Notes: generated by a model from the sequence alone, not told the origin. A stretch of DNA of 64,000 nt from Diplonema japonicum (GCA_964019335.1 OZ025728.1:1-64000), one strand, 5' to 3'. Counted from the stretch's first letter, positions 22,262 to 34,289 are shown. Made by a program: numbers and translations.

Positions 22262-24063
22262 CTATAAATATAACGCACTTCTCGGAGGGTTCGGGGGAGT
22301 AGCGCTCCTGTATATTATGTTTGTGTCTTGCTCCAACTGGCTGAGGCTCAGAAGCTTCAGGACAGGAGGGTTAGTGACGGTGTGCCTGTTGGGGGACCCC
22401 ATGGACAACGAGGAGGTTGGAGAGGCAGGAGGGGGGCTTGACGGTACTGGGTTAATCATGCTCATGTAAGGGTCAATAGGCACCATAGGACGAATGCGCT
22501 TCTTAGTCTGCACGGGTACCTGTTTTTTGATAGTGTGTAAAGTGTTTGCATACTCGTTCGTTCCTGACCGAGTTATGCCACCTCCCAGAGTACGACTTAC
22601 TCCTCATGGATGCCCTCTGGAACCTTAAGGGTGACCCCATGTCGGGCATGTCATTGGCAGCACTCTTGAACAAAGCAGGCGTTTGTGGCTTCTTGAACGT
22701 TGGCATCGACGCAGACCTCACCATGCCACGCACCTCAGGGTTCATGCTAGTTGATCGCCAAGCAGGCCGCCTGGGTCCTTCTGCAGCAGACCGTCTACTT
22801 ACCGTCGACCGCTTGCTTACTGTCGACCGTTTGCTTGCCGCTGAGACTCGCGACACCTGACTGCGATTGCTTTTATCACTTTTCTGACTATTCATGCTGA
22901 AGGACCTCCTGATGGACAGCCCAGTGGGGCTCGTCCCCGCGGTCCTGCTGTCTTCCCTCTTCACCTTCTCATTCTCTTTCTCAAAATTGCTGACCGGGTA
23001 CAGCCTCTGCGACACAACGCTCACACTTCTCTTTGCAGCTTTCTTTTTCTTCTTCTCCCCCGCCGCCGGTTGTACCGACATGCTGGATGCCGACACCGTC
23101 CGTCTCTTTGAAGGCAGCGACTGGGATCTACTGAGGGCTCTGCTCCTAGTTGCTCCAGTGAGAGTTTTTCTTGACTTGGGAACTGGAGATGCGGAGAGCG
23201 GTGAGAGCAACCGATGCAGCTCCTCAGCAGTGATAGGGTCTGAAGGGGACCCAACGCCAAGTGCTGCGTACAACCTGTCGGGAGAGTGCAGTAGCTCGCT
23301 GACTCGAGAGATGGTTTTGCTGGAGCGGAGGTCGCTGATGTGTGCTTTGACCATGTTCCTAATGGTGGCGCTGTACTTGAACACCTCGATGATGCTGATG
23401 GCTGGGATGGTCTGCACGCCAGGCCGCACGGCGTCAAAGATAGCGGCCCCGATGCCGTGCCCCTCGCCTGTCATGATCAGGTCGAACATCCCATCTGCAC
23501 CCCATCGGTATGCACCTTCGAATCCGTCGTGCCTCCATTTCACACGCACCCAGCCACCGCCAAGAAGCTCAGACACCACACCTTTCCGTCCATTTCCACC
23601 GTCCTGGTCACCCCAGTGCCACGCATCTGGGTTCCTCCTCACAACCGAGCCAAGCTTCAATTTTTTGACCTTGGGGCTTTTCTCCTTCTGCGGTTCTGTG
23701 TTCGAAATTTTCAAGCTGCTTAAGCTCCCATCCAGGTCTAAGCGCTTCGCGCCATCCTCCGCGACGTGCATGCCGTACCAAGCAGGGGGGTCTGAGTGGT
23801 TTTTCAGATATTCAAAAGTAGCATACTCCAAGGGGGTAGTGTGCTCTCTTCGTCTGATTGATGTCTCGCAACTGCAGGACTAGGCGCTGCTGGAGGAGGT
23901 GCGGCTCCTGCTGACCACACACCTGCTTCGGGTAAGTCCTCAGGGAACAAAGGCTTATTACTGTACTTTTTCTGCTATATTTCTCCTGTTTGCATACGAT
24001 TCAAGAGGTGTGCCTACTTCGTAGTAGTACTGATCGGTGTTCATAACGCCTGCTTCTCCATTT
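22262..24063 (-). CDS. Mib/HERC2-domain protein, multi-exon; possibly the C-terminal part of the 24245-30745 gene
   Basis: LKLGSVVRRNPDAWHWGDQDGGNGRKGVV...WVRVKW...AYRWGADGMFDL. Short GT-AG introns near 23827-23793 and 22552-22520 restore the frame. The upstream boundary is uncertain. Confidence 0.75.
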
Positions 24064-24244
24064 GCCTGATGTGGGGGTGGTAGTTATGGGACCGGCAAAG
24101 AAAAAATAAAGAGAGTATTCTAGAAGAAAGGAGTGGGTGAATGAGAGACATAATGGCTCTTTTATACTGTTAACCCTCTCCTGCCCCGCTGTGTTCTATC
24201 TATGCCGGCGGTATACACATAATCTAAAATAAATTCGGACAATC

Positions 24245-27200
24245 TCACGATAGGACTGTCAGGTCGCTGGGCTTATACCAATGCACGTCGTAGCGGGGGC
24301 CCTTAACGCAATACGGCCTGTAGGGGCACCAGTCGTCCCTGTCCACAAGGATGCCCAACTCACCGTGCTGGAGTGAGCCACCCGGTTCTGCCTCTTCCGT
24401 TAGCATCACGCGAACGCCGTGCTGTATCATAGGCATTCTATGCCTGATAGGCGATGCTGCGAGCTGCTCAAGGTCCTCAATGGCCATGTCCTCAGCATGC
24501 CTGATCATGTACCCAGTGTCTGCCTGCGAGTCACTCGCTAGTACCGGAGACCTTACTACACTAAATGCCCCTTGTGACCCGAACGCCACCTCTTTCTTCT
24601 CGGGAGTGATATAACCCGGCGACCCTGCACGGCTTTCCATAGCTTCACTCTGTTGTGATGTCAACCCCGACCTGAACTGCTTCCCATCATGCTTCTGCTG
24701 GCGCAAAGACGTGACGCTGCCAAACGTCTGCAACATCTTCTGGTCACCGGCCCCATTCCTCTCGCTCTCAAGGCTCACGTCCCTCTCATCGAACTGCTTG
24801 TCGTGCTCGAGAGCAGGTTGCATCGGTGAACTCAGCCTGCCAAGCCTTTGCTCAAGCTCTACTTCGGCTTGCTCTACTGAGTCATGGCCAGCTGTCAACA
24901 TCAAAGACTTGCCTTCTGGTCCTGTGTATTCATCAGAGCGTGTCTGCTGGCTACGTTTGGTCTGACGAGTTGCTGTGCCGCCAAGAGTGTCGTCCAGAGT
25001 CAGCAGTGCATGCCGGCTATCAAACTGGACACCACCATCCACACGTTGCTGCCTGTGAGCTGCTTCCTGTTGTTGCGCATTCTTTTGTGTGATGTGATCC
25101 GATCGCGTGATATCATCTTTGCCATGCTGTTCACTCGTGCTACCTAATTCCTGAACAAAGACTCGTTGTTCGTCACCTGTCCTCCTGTCTGCATGAAACT
25201 TGCTTGTTGTTGAAAGGGTTGCCTGACCTGCCTCCTGCCTGAGTCGGGCTTCGACCTGTTGTGTTGAATGGCTGTCTCTCTCGTGCTTAATCCCCCGCTC
25301 GTCTTCTTGCTGGCTTCGCTGAGATGGCGTCACGCTATCTTGATAAGGGAAGTCCCGTTCACTACCACGCGGCCTTGGTTCCTGTCCTTGGCTCTGCGAT
25401 GAAGGCGTTGCGTTGCCGGCACCTTTGCCTTGCCCTTTGCGCACGTACTCCAAGATCCCTTCTCCCCTTTCATGCGAAGCAGTGACTGTGCTACTCTGCT
25501 TCTGACGATGGCTCCTCTGCGACGGTGTGGTACTGTTGGAATGCAGAATCTCGCCCTTGGGGCTTTGTCGAAGTTCCTCTAATTTCCCTAGGTCTGCGAG
25601 GGAGGTATGCTTGACGCTGTGTTTTGCAGTGTTGCTTAATTGTTCGTTCACAAGTTCTCCACTGCCTCGGGCTTGCCTTATCCGGGTGTCCTCCATGTCC
25701 TGGGACACATCAGACGGAGGAGGGGTGCTGTTGGTGCTCAATGTGGTAAACGAGGCTTGCAGTAGCTGTTTTCGCATCGCACCAGAGGGCGAGTCGTTAG
25801 GAGGAGAATTGCTGCTGGCCTCAATCAGAGCTCCTCGTCGCTGCTGCCGCTTGTTTGAGTGCTTGAGGAGAGTGTCGAGGAGCTGCAGCGGCGAATCGTC
25901 ATTCTTGTCTGAGATTGCCTTAATAGGTGTCATATACTTCTCTGCGAGGTCGGTATCTACACTGAGAGCAGTGGCTTTAAGATTCTCGCTCCTACTGCTA
26001 TCGCTACCATGTGGCAAAGCTGGGGCACCGGTCTTTACATCAGTATCAGCACCACCAGTACTAGGAGAGCCGATATGTTTTGTGTGCGCACCAGAGGGGA
26101 CTTCTGAGCTAGTAGGGTGATCAGCTGGAACTACGACGCCCCTTCGCTTCAGGGACGGGACATCGGGGGATTCCGCAGAGTATACGCCAAGGCCATCAAG
26201 AATGCTACCAGGTGCCTGACGCAGCTCTTCTAACGATATGTCTGCAAGCGTGTTGACAGGTGTTGACGACTCGTTTCGCATCTGCTGTGGGTGGACAGCC
26301 ACTCTCGTCACAGGGCTTGACTGAATGATCAATCCATCCATGCCACCGGATGCAAGCGCTCCATGGTATTGCGACACCGGTACCACAGCACCTCTTCGCG
26401 GTGTGTTCCTCGCTACAGGTGATTGCCCGTAGAATGCAGTGCCTTGAGCAAGGCTCTTGATGCCATCGCTCTCCCCTTTTTGAAACATAATGCGATCATC
26501 ATTAACGTGAGCCGACATGACATCCTTCTGCAAATCTTGCATGCTCATGTTCTGTGCGTATGCATGCTGGACGCCCTTTTTGTCTATAGGGCTTCCACGT
26601 CTACTCCCAACGGCATGACCCACCGTGCTAGGGTATTGACTACTCGTACCTGCCTTTTTGCCCTTTTTGTCGTGTTTTCCCTGAATGCGACCCTGGATTT
26701 GTGCTTCATTCTTATGCTTCGGTTTCCGCATTGTGTTGTGAGGGTCATTTCGCGGTCCATCCTCAATTCTTGGAGCAACTGCGCTGATGGCCGTCTCGGG
26801 CGCCCCGTAGCGGGGCTTTCCCTCGTCGTCTCCGACAGGTGTATTGCAGGGTCGAGACATAAATGGCTCCTCGAGTGGCTCGGATCTCACGTGCTGATCA
26901 GGGCTCTCGTACCTGTCAGAGAAGCTTGTGGAAGACGCCATGCTGTGAGGAATGTTTGCAAGATCATAATGTCCTGAGCTTGGTGTATTCAAATGGGCTC
27001 CCGGCGTAGTTGGTGCATGACCGTAGCTCACCTTAGGTTCCTGTCCTCTTCCTTGAGCAAGTTGCGTTTGTGTGTGTTTCGGCCGTGAAGGGCTCCCTGC
27101 AACAGGCCTCCTTTCTCCGTAAGTTGGCGTGTGCTGACTAAAATACTGGTCTTTGCCTTCACCGGTGTGCCGGTTATCATGTCCGAGCACAAGCTTGCCT

Positions 27201-30200
27201 TCATCACTGCGCTGCATAGGGAGGTGCTGCAGCTGCTGCACGTGTAAGTCACCTGACCCCAATACTTGTTTCATGTTTTGCTGCTGGTTTGAAGCGCTTT
27301 GCCTCTTATCTGCAATACTCGACGCTTGTGCTTGCTGTGCAGCGTACTGCATTGGATGCGACTGGCCTAATGCATGTGGGTGACCTAAGCCTGCTTCTTG
27401 ACCGACCTGTTCCCTGCTCGCAATTAACTGACTGGAACCAGCTACCTGTCCAAGAGGGTGGCCCACCCCCGATTGAACGCGACTTAGTGCCGTTTGTGGA
27501 CTTTGCGCATGCGCCCCAGGGTGATTAAGAGCCCCTTGGCCAAAGTGCTGTTGGTTTGCTACATGCTGCGGGGATATGGCCTGTCCAGGCAGCCCTTGCT
27601 GGCCTGCCTCAGTTGGCTGCAAGGTGTGACCTAACCGTGGATCAACACTCTGCATTAAATGACTACCACTCGAAGAGCTCGAAGTAGCAGCGCTGCAGTT
27701 ATGCCTAGGTGCATTCGTCTGGCCACCGTACGCAACGGGTACTTGTTGCTGTTGGTGGGCTTGCAACCCTGTAGGTGCGAGAGGCTCACCCATGGTGATC
27801 TGGCTTGGCGGTGGGTTCTGCACTTCGCTGTCGAAATATACTACCTGACTGTGCATCTGCTCAGGCACCTGAGGATGCGAGTCACTGAAAGCAGGACCTT
27901 TGCAAGGAGTCGGCTGCATGTGGAAACTCGGTGCTTGACCAGCTTGCATCTGACCCCCTGGTTGTATCCCAGATTGGACGTGATCAGTCTGTGGGAGGGC
28001 ACCCTGTTGATTTACCTGAAACTGACCTGGATGCTGATTAACCTGGCCTGGATGCTGGCCTGAGGTGGGTACCTGTTGGAAACCTTGGGTAGCTTGTTGA
28101 TGACCTTGCATAGACAAGGAATTTGCTCCACTTTGCAGAGACGCTCCCTGAGGTTGGCTTTGTGACTGGTTGCCATCAAGCTGTATCACTGGTCTGCCCC
28201 CCTGAGCGGCTTGTCCGTGTTTGACTGGATACTGTGAGCCTCCTTGCATGTTCCAGCCTTCTCTCTGAACTTGCTGCTGAGCTAGTGCAGCTGTGCTCTG
28301 CTGATGCAATCCAGACTGACTCCCCTGAAGTCCTAACTGGCTCCCTTGAGCTTGTGGAACAATCTGACCAGCTGTCGACCATTGCTGTGGGGAAACAACT
28401 CCCAAAGGGACGTGGCTTGTGACACCCTGCTGGTTAGCATGAGGAGTCCCCGACAAGCCAGTACGAGGATCTAATTGCAGATTTTGCTGTTGAGTGTCAA
28501 TATACGGGACTTGTGCTGACGTTTGTCCGGCGGTGCCCATTGCACCCGGTACCTGTTGTGCACCCTGATCAGCATTATGCTTCAACGGCAGGCTTTGTTG
28601 GCTAGGGTGCATGGGTACATTTCCCTGAACTTGCTGCTGCAGTGCGTCTCCGGAAGGAATATTCTGAGGATAGTTACTTCCCTGTTGTGCTGTCTCTTGT
28701 TTCTGAACCGGATGAATCTGCGATGCACTGGGGCCCTGCGCACCGCCGTAGACTCCCGCTTGCACCGGTAACACGCTAGTATTTGTCCCTTCGGGTCCAT
28801 GGCTCCTTGGGCCAAGCTGGTGCCGCGTATTGCCGCTTGATGGCAGCACCTGAGGATGGCCTTCCTGCGTTGTGTGTCCTTGCTGTTGGTAGCCCTGATG
28901 CAATGCAGGATCAAGTACTACCCCTTGCACATCGCTAGAAACTGATTGCGCTTGAAGGCCTGCTCTTGACGCAGCGTCTGAACGACTGCTATCTTGGCTC
29001 AATGCATGTGCGTGGCCATCCTGCATGTTGTGCTGTGTATGGCCACTCGACGGATGTACTTGCGAATAAATTCCCCCTTGCGCTGTTCCTTGCTGATCGT
29101 GATGCAGCGAAGGCTCAAAGGCAGCCCCCTGGTGGTGCCCTTGCTGGACTACCTCAACACTAGCTAATGGATATCCCTGTTGTCCCAACTGTTGACTTTG
29201 ATCACCAGCCACGACATCCCCCTGAGTGTGGCCATCCAGCATGCCTTGAGTATCTTGTGACTGAGACGTTTGGCCATGTTGTGTCAAAAACTGCTGGTTA
29301 GGCTGCTGTGGGAGATGTTTGCTCGGTTCTCCAGCTGGTCGATAGCTTTGCACTGGAGTCTGGTTGCCCTCTTGAACGAAGTGTTCTGGTTGCCCACTGG
29401 CAATCTCTTGTCTAATAGGTTGTGTGCGCTCTTGCAAATGGCTACTAGATGACGAACTAGAGGATGTAGAAGGCTGCACAAACTGCTGCATGTCAGGTGT
29501 TGTAGTACCTGACAATGGGTGCTGCCCGTCCCAGTGTTCTCCAGGTGCGTAGGACTGCTGCTGGCCGTACATTCCAGACCCCTGTTGCAAGGAAAGTTGT
29601 TCTGCGTCCGGAGATTCACGAAGCACGTTTGCCCCCATCTGTCCCCCACCTTGACCTCGGTGATCTTCTTCTTGCTGGATTGCATGTTGGTCAGACTTCT
29701 GCGCTCGACCTTTCGTTCCTCGTGCAGAACGACCACCTTGCCGTTGAGATACGCTTCGTTGAGACCCACCCTGTTGAGACACATCTTGCTGTCGTGATCC
29801 ACCCTGCTGAGCTTGAGGCTCACGTCGCTGTTGAGACTTACCTTGCTGTTGAGTCCCACCCTGCTGCTGAGTCTCACCCTGCTCGAGTGATCCGCCTTGT
29901 TGCCGAGACTCGCCCTGCTGTCGAGACCCGTCTTGCCGACCTGATGAAGAGTGTACACCTTGCTCCGCTTTGTGTGACTTCCGAGCTTGCTTGCCAGTTG
30001 CGTGCGATGACTGTGCCTGTCGACCGTCAGAACCGGCGGACCTATCAGTGTCCACCTTGTTCGAGGTGTCTTCGCTAGTACGAAATGCTTGCTTGGTAGA
30101 CCTACCTTGTGCGGAAGATGCACCGGTGCCGCGGCAGTGAGAGCAGTCCTCGTCGTGCTGGCTGTCGCGGACAAGGTGCTTGTCGGCTGCTTGATCCAGT

Positions 30201-30745
30201 TTGCTGTTAGCTGTCGCGCGCATGGTCTCGTCGAAGTTGTCAGCCCTCTCGTAGACACCGGCTACCTTCTGGCTGGAGGCAAGGTTCGTATTGATGTTGA
30301 CGGTAGTGAGGCCTGCTGTGTGGAGGGGCACGTGCCTGTGAGTGGTTGCAGTCTCCCACTTTGTGAAATAGCTACTGAGGGTGTGGAGCTGCCTTGACTG
30401 AATGAGCGCTTCGCACCACTGTATGCGGTTCCGCCTGCTGGCCTCCACCAGGTGGGCATACTTCTCCTTTGCAGTCTTCAGCTCCTTCTTCACTGTGCGG
30501 TTTACCTTCTTGAGCTCTTCGATCTCTGCCTCTGCTTTCTCTGCGTATTCGTCCACCGCCTTGATCCTTCCTGCAGTCGCTGCAGCTTGAATCTCCTCGG
30601 TCAGACCCAACAGACGGCCTACTTCTTCTTCTTCTTTCTCTTTGACTTCTTCTGCTTCACGCAGGAGGTTCTTTACCTGCTCCAGCTGCTTCTTCAGTTT
30701 CTTCGTTTCTTTCACCAATTTCTCTTTTTCTTCATCGTCAGCCAT
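24245..30745 (-). CDS. Very large Gln/Ser/Gly-rich low-complexity protein with N-terminal coiled coil and C-terminal SH3-like barrel
   Basis: 2166 aa ORF. It ends at a GTGAG donor, so it may splice to downstream exons. Confidence 0.75.
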   Translation of the reverse strand: MADDEEKEKLVKETKKLKKQLEQVKNLLREAEEVKEKEEEEVGRLLGLTEEIQAAATAGRIKAVDEYAEKAEAEIEELKKVNRTVKKELKTAKEKYAHLVEASRRNRIQWCEALIQSRQLHTLSSYFTKWETATTHRHVPLHTAGLTTVNINTNLASSQKVAGVYERADNFDETMRATANSKLDQAADKHLVRDSQHDEDCSHCRGTGASSAQGRSTKQAFRTSEDTSNKVDTDRSAGSDGRQAQSSHATGKQARKSHKAEQGVHSSSGRQDGSRQQGESRQQGGSLEQGETQQQGGTQQQGKSQQRREPQAQQGGSRQQDVSQQGGSQRSVSQRQGGRSARGTKGRAQKSDQHAIQQEEDHRGQGGGQMGANVLRESPDAEQLSLQQGSGMYGQQQSYAPGEHWDGQHPLSGTTTPDMQQFVQPSTSSSSSSSSHLQERTQPIRQEIASGQPEHFVQEGNQTPVQSYRPAGEPSKHLPQQPNQQFLTQHGQTSQSQDTQGMLDGHTQGDVVAGDQSQQLGQQGYPLASVEVVQQGHHQGAAFEPSLHHDQQGTAQGGIYSQVHPSSGHTQHNMQDGHAHALSQDSSRSDAASRAGLQAQSVSSDVQGVVLDPALHQGYQQQGHTTQEGHPQVLPSSGNTRHQLGPRSHGPEGTNTSVLPVQAGVYGGAQGPSASQIHPVQKQETAQQGSNYPQNIPSGDALQQQVQGNVPMHPSQQSLPLKHNADQGAQQVPGAMGTAGQTSAQVPYIDTQQQNLQLDPRTGLSGTPHANQQGVTSHVPLGVVSPQQWSTAGQIVPQAQGSQLGLQGSQSGLHQQSTAALAQQQVQREGWNMQGGSQYPVKHGQAAQGGRPVIQLDGNQSQSQPQGASLQSGANSLSMQGHQQATQGFQQVPTSGQHPGQVNQHPGQFQVNQQGALPQTDHVQSGIQPGGQMQAGQAPSFHMQPTPCKGPAFSDSHPQVPEQMHSQVVYFDSEVQNPPPSQITMGEPLAPTGLQAHQQQQVPVAYGGQTNAPRHNCSAATSSSSSGSHLMQSVDPRLGHTLQPTEAGQQGLPGQAISPQHVANQQHFGQGALNHPGAHAQSPQTALSRVQSGVGHPLGQVAGSSQLIASREQVGQEAGLGHPHALGQSHPMQYAAQQAQASSIADKRQSASNQQQNMKQVLGSGDLHVQQLQHLPMQRSDEGKLVLGHDNRHTGEGKDQYFSQHTPTYGERRPVAGSPSRPKHTQTQLAQGRGQEPKVSYGHAPTTPGAHLNTPSSGHYDLANIPHSMASSTSFSDRYESPDQHVRSEPLEEPFMSRPCNTPVGDDEGKPRYGAPETAISAVAPRIEDGPRNDPHNTMRKPKHKNEAQIQGRIQGKHDKKGKKAGTSSQYPSTVGHAVGSRRGSPIDKKGVQHAYAQNMSMQDLQKDVMSAHVNDDRIMFQKGESDGIKSLAQGTAFYGQSPVARNTPRRGAVVPVSQYHGALASGGMDGLIIQSSPVTRVAVHPQQMRNESSTPVNTLADISLEELRQAPGSILDGLGVYSAESPDVPSLKRRGVVVPADHPTSSEVPSGAHTKHIGSPSTGGADTDVKTGAPALPHGSDSSRSENLKATALSVDTDLAEKYMTPIKAISDKNDDSPLQLLDTLLKHSNKRQQRRGALIEASSNSPPNDSPSGAMRKQLLQASFTTLSTNSTPPPSDVSQDMEDTRIRQARGSGELVNEQLSNTAKHSVKHTSLADLGKLEELRQSPKGEILHSNSTTPSQRSHRQKQSSTVTASHERGEGILEYVRKGQGKGAGNATPSSQSQGQEPRPRGSERDFPYQDSVTPSQRSQQEDERGIKHERDSHSTQQVEARLRQEAGQATLSTTSKFHADRRTGDEQRVFVQELGSTSEQHGKDDITRSDHITQKNAQQQEAAHRQQRVDGGVQFDSRHALLTLDDTLGGTATRQTKRSQQTRSDEYTGPEGKSLMLTAGHDSVEQAEVELEQRLGRLSSPMQPALEHDKQFDERDVSLESERNGAGDQKMLQTFGSVTSLRQQKHDGKQFRSGLTSQQSEAMESRAGSPGYITPEKKEVAFGSQGAFSVVRSPVLASDSQADTGYMIRHAEDMAIEDLEQLAASPIRHRMPMIQHGVRVMLTEEAEPGGSLQHGELGILVDRDDWCPYRPYCVKGPRYDVHWYKPSDLTVLS

Positions 30746-31934
30746 CGTCCTTATGTTATGTCAGAGGCTCTCAAACAAAAAAAAAACAAGAATTTCCTTG
30801 TTTAGAGAGTCCTTCGCATTTCTCGATTCGAGTTGTAACTGTCTCCCTTACCCGTACCTGTATGGTATCACGAACACGGACAAAAACAGAGATAAAAGAG
30901 ACAAAAATCATAAGGTACTACTTTTCTTTTGAGGAGTGGGGGACTTGGACGAGGCAAGGTGGGGGAAAAAAAAAAAAAAACTTGAAAACTTGTCGTTGAG
31001 AGGCTTTCACTCTCAGGCTAAACACTGAAGACCAAAAAAAACAAAAGGTTCTTTTACCTCCTTTTGGCTTTTTCTTGTCATTTTGCTCCCTTTCCCCGCC
31101 TTTCTTTTTTTTTTTTTTTTTTTGCGGGCGGAGGAGTGAGCAGTATAACAACAAAGTTTAACATTTCTTTTTGAGCAAAAACGTGGGTTGAAATAATTGA
31201 AAGAAAAAAAAAATGGGGAAAGAGGAAGTGACACTTGCCTCGCAACAAAAAAAAAAAACCTGCTCTTAAATATCAGGGGAGAAGGGTAAGAGAGCCACCC
31301 TTCTATTCCCGATAGGAGTAAGGGGACGGGAGCTACGCGTACGACTACATTCTTCTTCGCTTTTTCTTTTTCTTATTTTTGGACTTGACCTTTGAAGAAG
31401 AGAAGATATGAGTGGTTTCTTTTAACTAAACAGATTATCCCGATTTCCAGAATACCTGTGCGCCTGTGGCAGATAATGACCGCCAAAAGAGGTACCAGGA
31501 GGCACGGAGCAGGATGAGCTGCTCATTAAAAAAGAAAGCCTCACATTTTGAAGGGGGATATAAAGGGGGGGGGGGGGGGGGTATACAACTAGCATTTTTT
31601 TCTTTCATTTTCTTTTTCTTCTTTTGTTTATTTTTTTGGCAGCGAAGCCACTGGACCAAAAAGAAAAAGATATCCTTGACGCACAAAAAAAATACACATT
31701 TTTTTTTTTTCTATTTCCTTTTTTTTTTTTCCTCGTTTGTTCAACTTAAAAAAAAACTCTCTTTTAAACTCTTTTCTTCTTGTGCATAGAGGGGTACAGG
31801 GCAGTGGGGGGGGGGGGGGGTAGAACATTGTGAGTGTGATGTCAATACAAAGTAATAAAGCTTGCTTCATTTTCTTTTTTTTTTCTCCTCCTTTTCTCTT
31901 CGTTTTTCTTAATAACCCGGGCTCCTAGGCGGGC

Positions 31935-32963
31935 TCAGCGCGTTGCTGTGCTGGCTGTGAGGAGATCCGATAGAACTAGTACCCCTGCTCGGCTGTGTTT
32001 TTTATTTACTTTCTTTTTTTTTTTTTGAGGACCGGGTGGGTATACCATGTTATCGTACGAGGCGAACACACTCCTAGAAGGAGGAGGGCTGTAGAAAGTT
32101 GACCCGTTTTGGGGAGAGGCTGGCTCTTGGTACCTCACGGCGGGCTCGTTTTGCTTAGAACACGGGGTGGCCTGTATCTTCCAAGGGTTGTCCACGTGGC
32201 TGTTAATGTACCTCATGTAGGCAGCACGGGTGGCACGAACATCAAGCTCAGAGTTGGAGAGCGCCTCGAAAAGTGCTTTGGCTATCCGCAGCTGTGCTGT
32301 CTCAGACCTGGCGCTGATCGCGTATTCCACATCCATGCTCCACTCCGCATCGACAAGGGTCGGTGCAGTCCTCGAAGACTTCCCCCCCATCCCCTTCGCA
32401 TCCCCGTAGTCCAACACCACCGTTTTGATCGGGCCCGGTGTGAGCTTCAACAAGATGTCGTCCCTCACGATGCCGTTCCCCGCCTCACTGATGATGTCAT
32501 CCCTCAGCGCTGTTGTGAACAACCTCTGGACGTCAGGCTGGCTCTTCAACCCTTCATACTTGGAGAAGTCCACGCCCTCCAGCCTCAAGCTGCCTCGCAC
32601 CATAGGGCTGGACCCCTTCGAAGAGCTCATCGGTGAAGACGGTGTGTTGTACCCCTCCCTCTGGCTGTACAACTTCCCCGAGTCCTCTGGTGCGTGGTCC
32701 CTGGAATCGAAGGTAGGGAACCCCCTTGAGCTTTGGCTGGGGCTGGTCGGCGGTCCGTCCATCCCCTTCGTGTACTGGAACCCGTCGCTCTTTTTCGATG
32801 GCGACTTGGCGTCCACGCTTTTGCTCCTGCTGCGCCTTCGGTGCCTCCTCGAGGACGACGGTGACGAAGAGCGCCTCCGCCTGCTGCTTGACCTCCCCGA
32901 CTTGGGTGACGACGACCGCCGCCTCCTGCGGCTGCTGCTTGTGTGTGTGGGCGAGTCAAACAT
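31935..32963 (-). CDS. Hypothetical protein with Ser/Arg-rich N-terminus
   Basis: 342 aa ORF; 3' end uncertain (A-run near 32010). Confidence 0.65.
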   Translation of the reverse strand: MFDSPTHTSSSRRRRRSSSPKSGRSSSRRRRSSSPSSSRRHRRRSRSKSVDAKSPSKKSDGFQYTKGMDGPPTSPSQSSRGFPTFDSRDHAPEDSGKLYSQREGYNTPSSPMSSSKGSSPMVRGSLRLEGVDFSKYEGLKSQPDVQRLFTTALRDDIISEAGNGIVRDDILLKLTPGPIKTVVLDYGDAKGMGGKSSRTAPTLVDAEWSMDVEYAISARSETAQLRIAKALFEALSNSELDVRATRAAYMRYINSHVDNPWKIQATPCSKQNEPAVRYQEPASPQNGSTFYSPPPSRSVFASYDNMVYPPGPQKKKKKVNKKHSRAGVLVLSDLLTASTATR

Positions 32964-33101
32964 GTTTCTTTTTTTACTTGTTATTCCCTATGTGGATCCA
33001 TGTGATCTTGCTGCCATACAGGTAAACAAACAAAAAAAAAAAAAAACAATTATAAGTAACTAAAAATCTTACTGTTGGATGCTTTTAATAAAAAGGGACG
33101 A

Positions 33102-34289
33102 CTACAAGGGATACCCATCTACAGGGATCATAGCCTTGCAGATCGCAACGACGCCGTGCTGCCATGCAAGGACATCCTGTGGAGAAAGGTCGAGGCTGGA
33201 GGTGAGGCTGGAGGTGGAGGCGACGAGGAACGTAGTGAGGTGGTGGTCACGAAGGCCGAATGCCTGGTGGAGGTCCCCAAAGGTGGACAACGTAGGAATG
33301 GCTGTTGGCCACGTCTCTGTGATAAGCGCCGTAATTCCGATGCAGAGGGCGCTGTAGAAACAGGTCTTGAAGGTGATATCGTTCGTGGTTGTGATGCTCC
33401 CAGCAGCGGGGAGGTCGTCCAGGTGGGGGTGGAAGAGCACCTGCAAGCCTTTGTTCTTGTAGCAGGACATTGCTGCGTCAACGTCTCGCATCAGAATTTC
33501 AAATCTGCTGCTGATGTTAGCACTTTTGGGGTCGCAGAAAGGGGGCTTCACAAGCCCAACCCACACACCCTCCAACAGCTTGATATCAATATCCTGGTAC
33601 CCCTGAAAGAGCACCTGCTCGATGGGAGCGGTACCAGTGTCGTTCACATTGAGCTGTTTTGCAATACGTGCTGATAAGTAGTCGGTGATTCCAGTGTCGG
33701 AGGTGCTCAAGGTGGTGATCTTTTGGTTCTGCCTGGCAAGCTGCAGGAGTGCGTCACCGCCTATCTCGTAGATACCATTCTTGTCGACTATGATGGTGTG
33801 CAATCGTGCCAGTCGCTTCCACAACCTCCGTGCGGCAATGCAGCCCTCTGAATCGAGCCCGACACCAGTCAGGTTGACGATTCGCATGTTAAAAAAGTAG
33901 CGCAAGGTGCTCACCAACGCAACGCACCCCTTTGGACCGAGAACATTCGACGAGAAGTTCAAGTACTCCGGATCACCAACAGCAGCATACACCGCCAGCT
34001 GTTTTGCCACCCCGCTGTTGTATCTACACCCTTCTTCATTGCACACCGCTCGGTACAGCACATCACATGGGGCATTCACTACCTGTGTCACCCTTATCTT
34101 GTATTTTGTTGTGTCTGCGCGATGTGCAGGGCTCCTTTCGTCGTTGCTGAATACGTATAGTCTTGCGCCGTGTCGTGGTACTCTTGCTGGGTTTCGACAT
34201 CCCTCTATTCTGCACTCTCCTTCCTCTCCGTTCTTACTCTTGACCTCTACTTCAGAAATCCTGACATTGTCGCAGAAGCTTTCAACCAT
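33102..34289 (-). CDS. RNI-like leucine-rich-repeat protein
   Basis: LNFSSNVLGPKGCVAL, VNLTGVGLDSEG, IVDKNGIYEIGGDAL, LSTSDTGIT repeats. A short upstream exon is possible. Confidence 0.75.
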   Translation of the reverse strand: MVESFCDNVRISEVEVKSKNGEEGECRIEGCRNPARVPRHGARLYVFSNDERSPAHRADTTKYKIRVTQVVNAPCDVLYRAVCNEEGCRYNSGVAKQLAVYAAVGDPEYLNFSSNVLGPKGCVALVSTLRYFFNMRIVNLTGVGLDSEGCIAARRLWKRLARLHTIIVDKNGIYEIGGDALLQLARQNQKITTLSTSDTGITDYLSARIAKQLNVNDTGTAPIEQVLFQGYQDIDIKLLEGVWVGLVKPPFCDPKSANISSRFEILMRDVDAAMSCYKNKGLQVLFHPHLDDLPAAGSITTTNDITFKTCFYSALCIGITALITETWPTAIPTLSTFGDLHQAFGLRDHHLTTFLVASTSSLTSSLDLSPQDVLAWQHGVVAICKAMIPVDGYPL

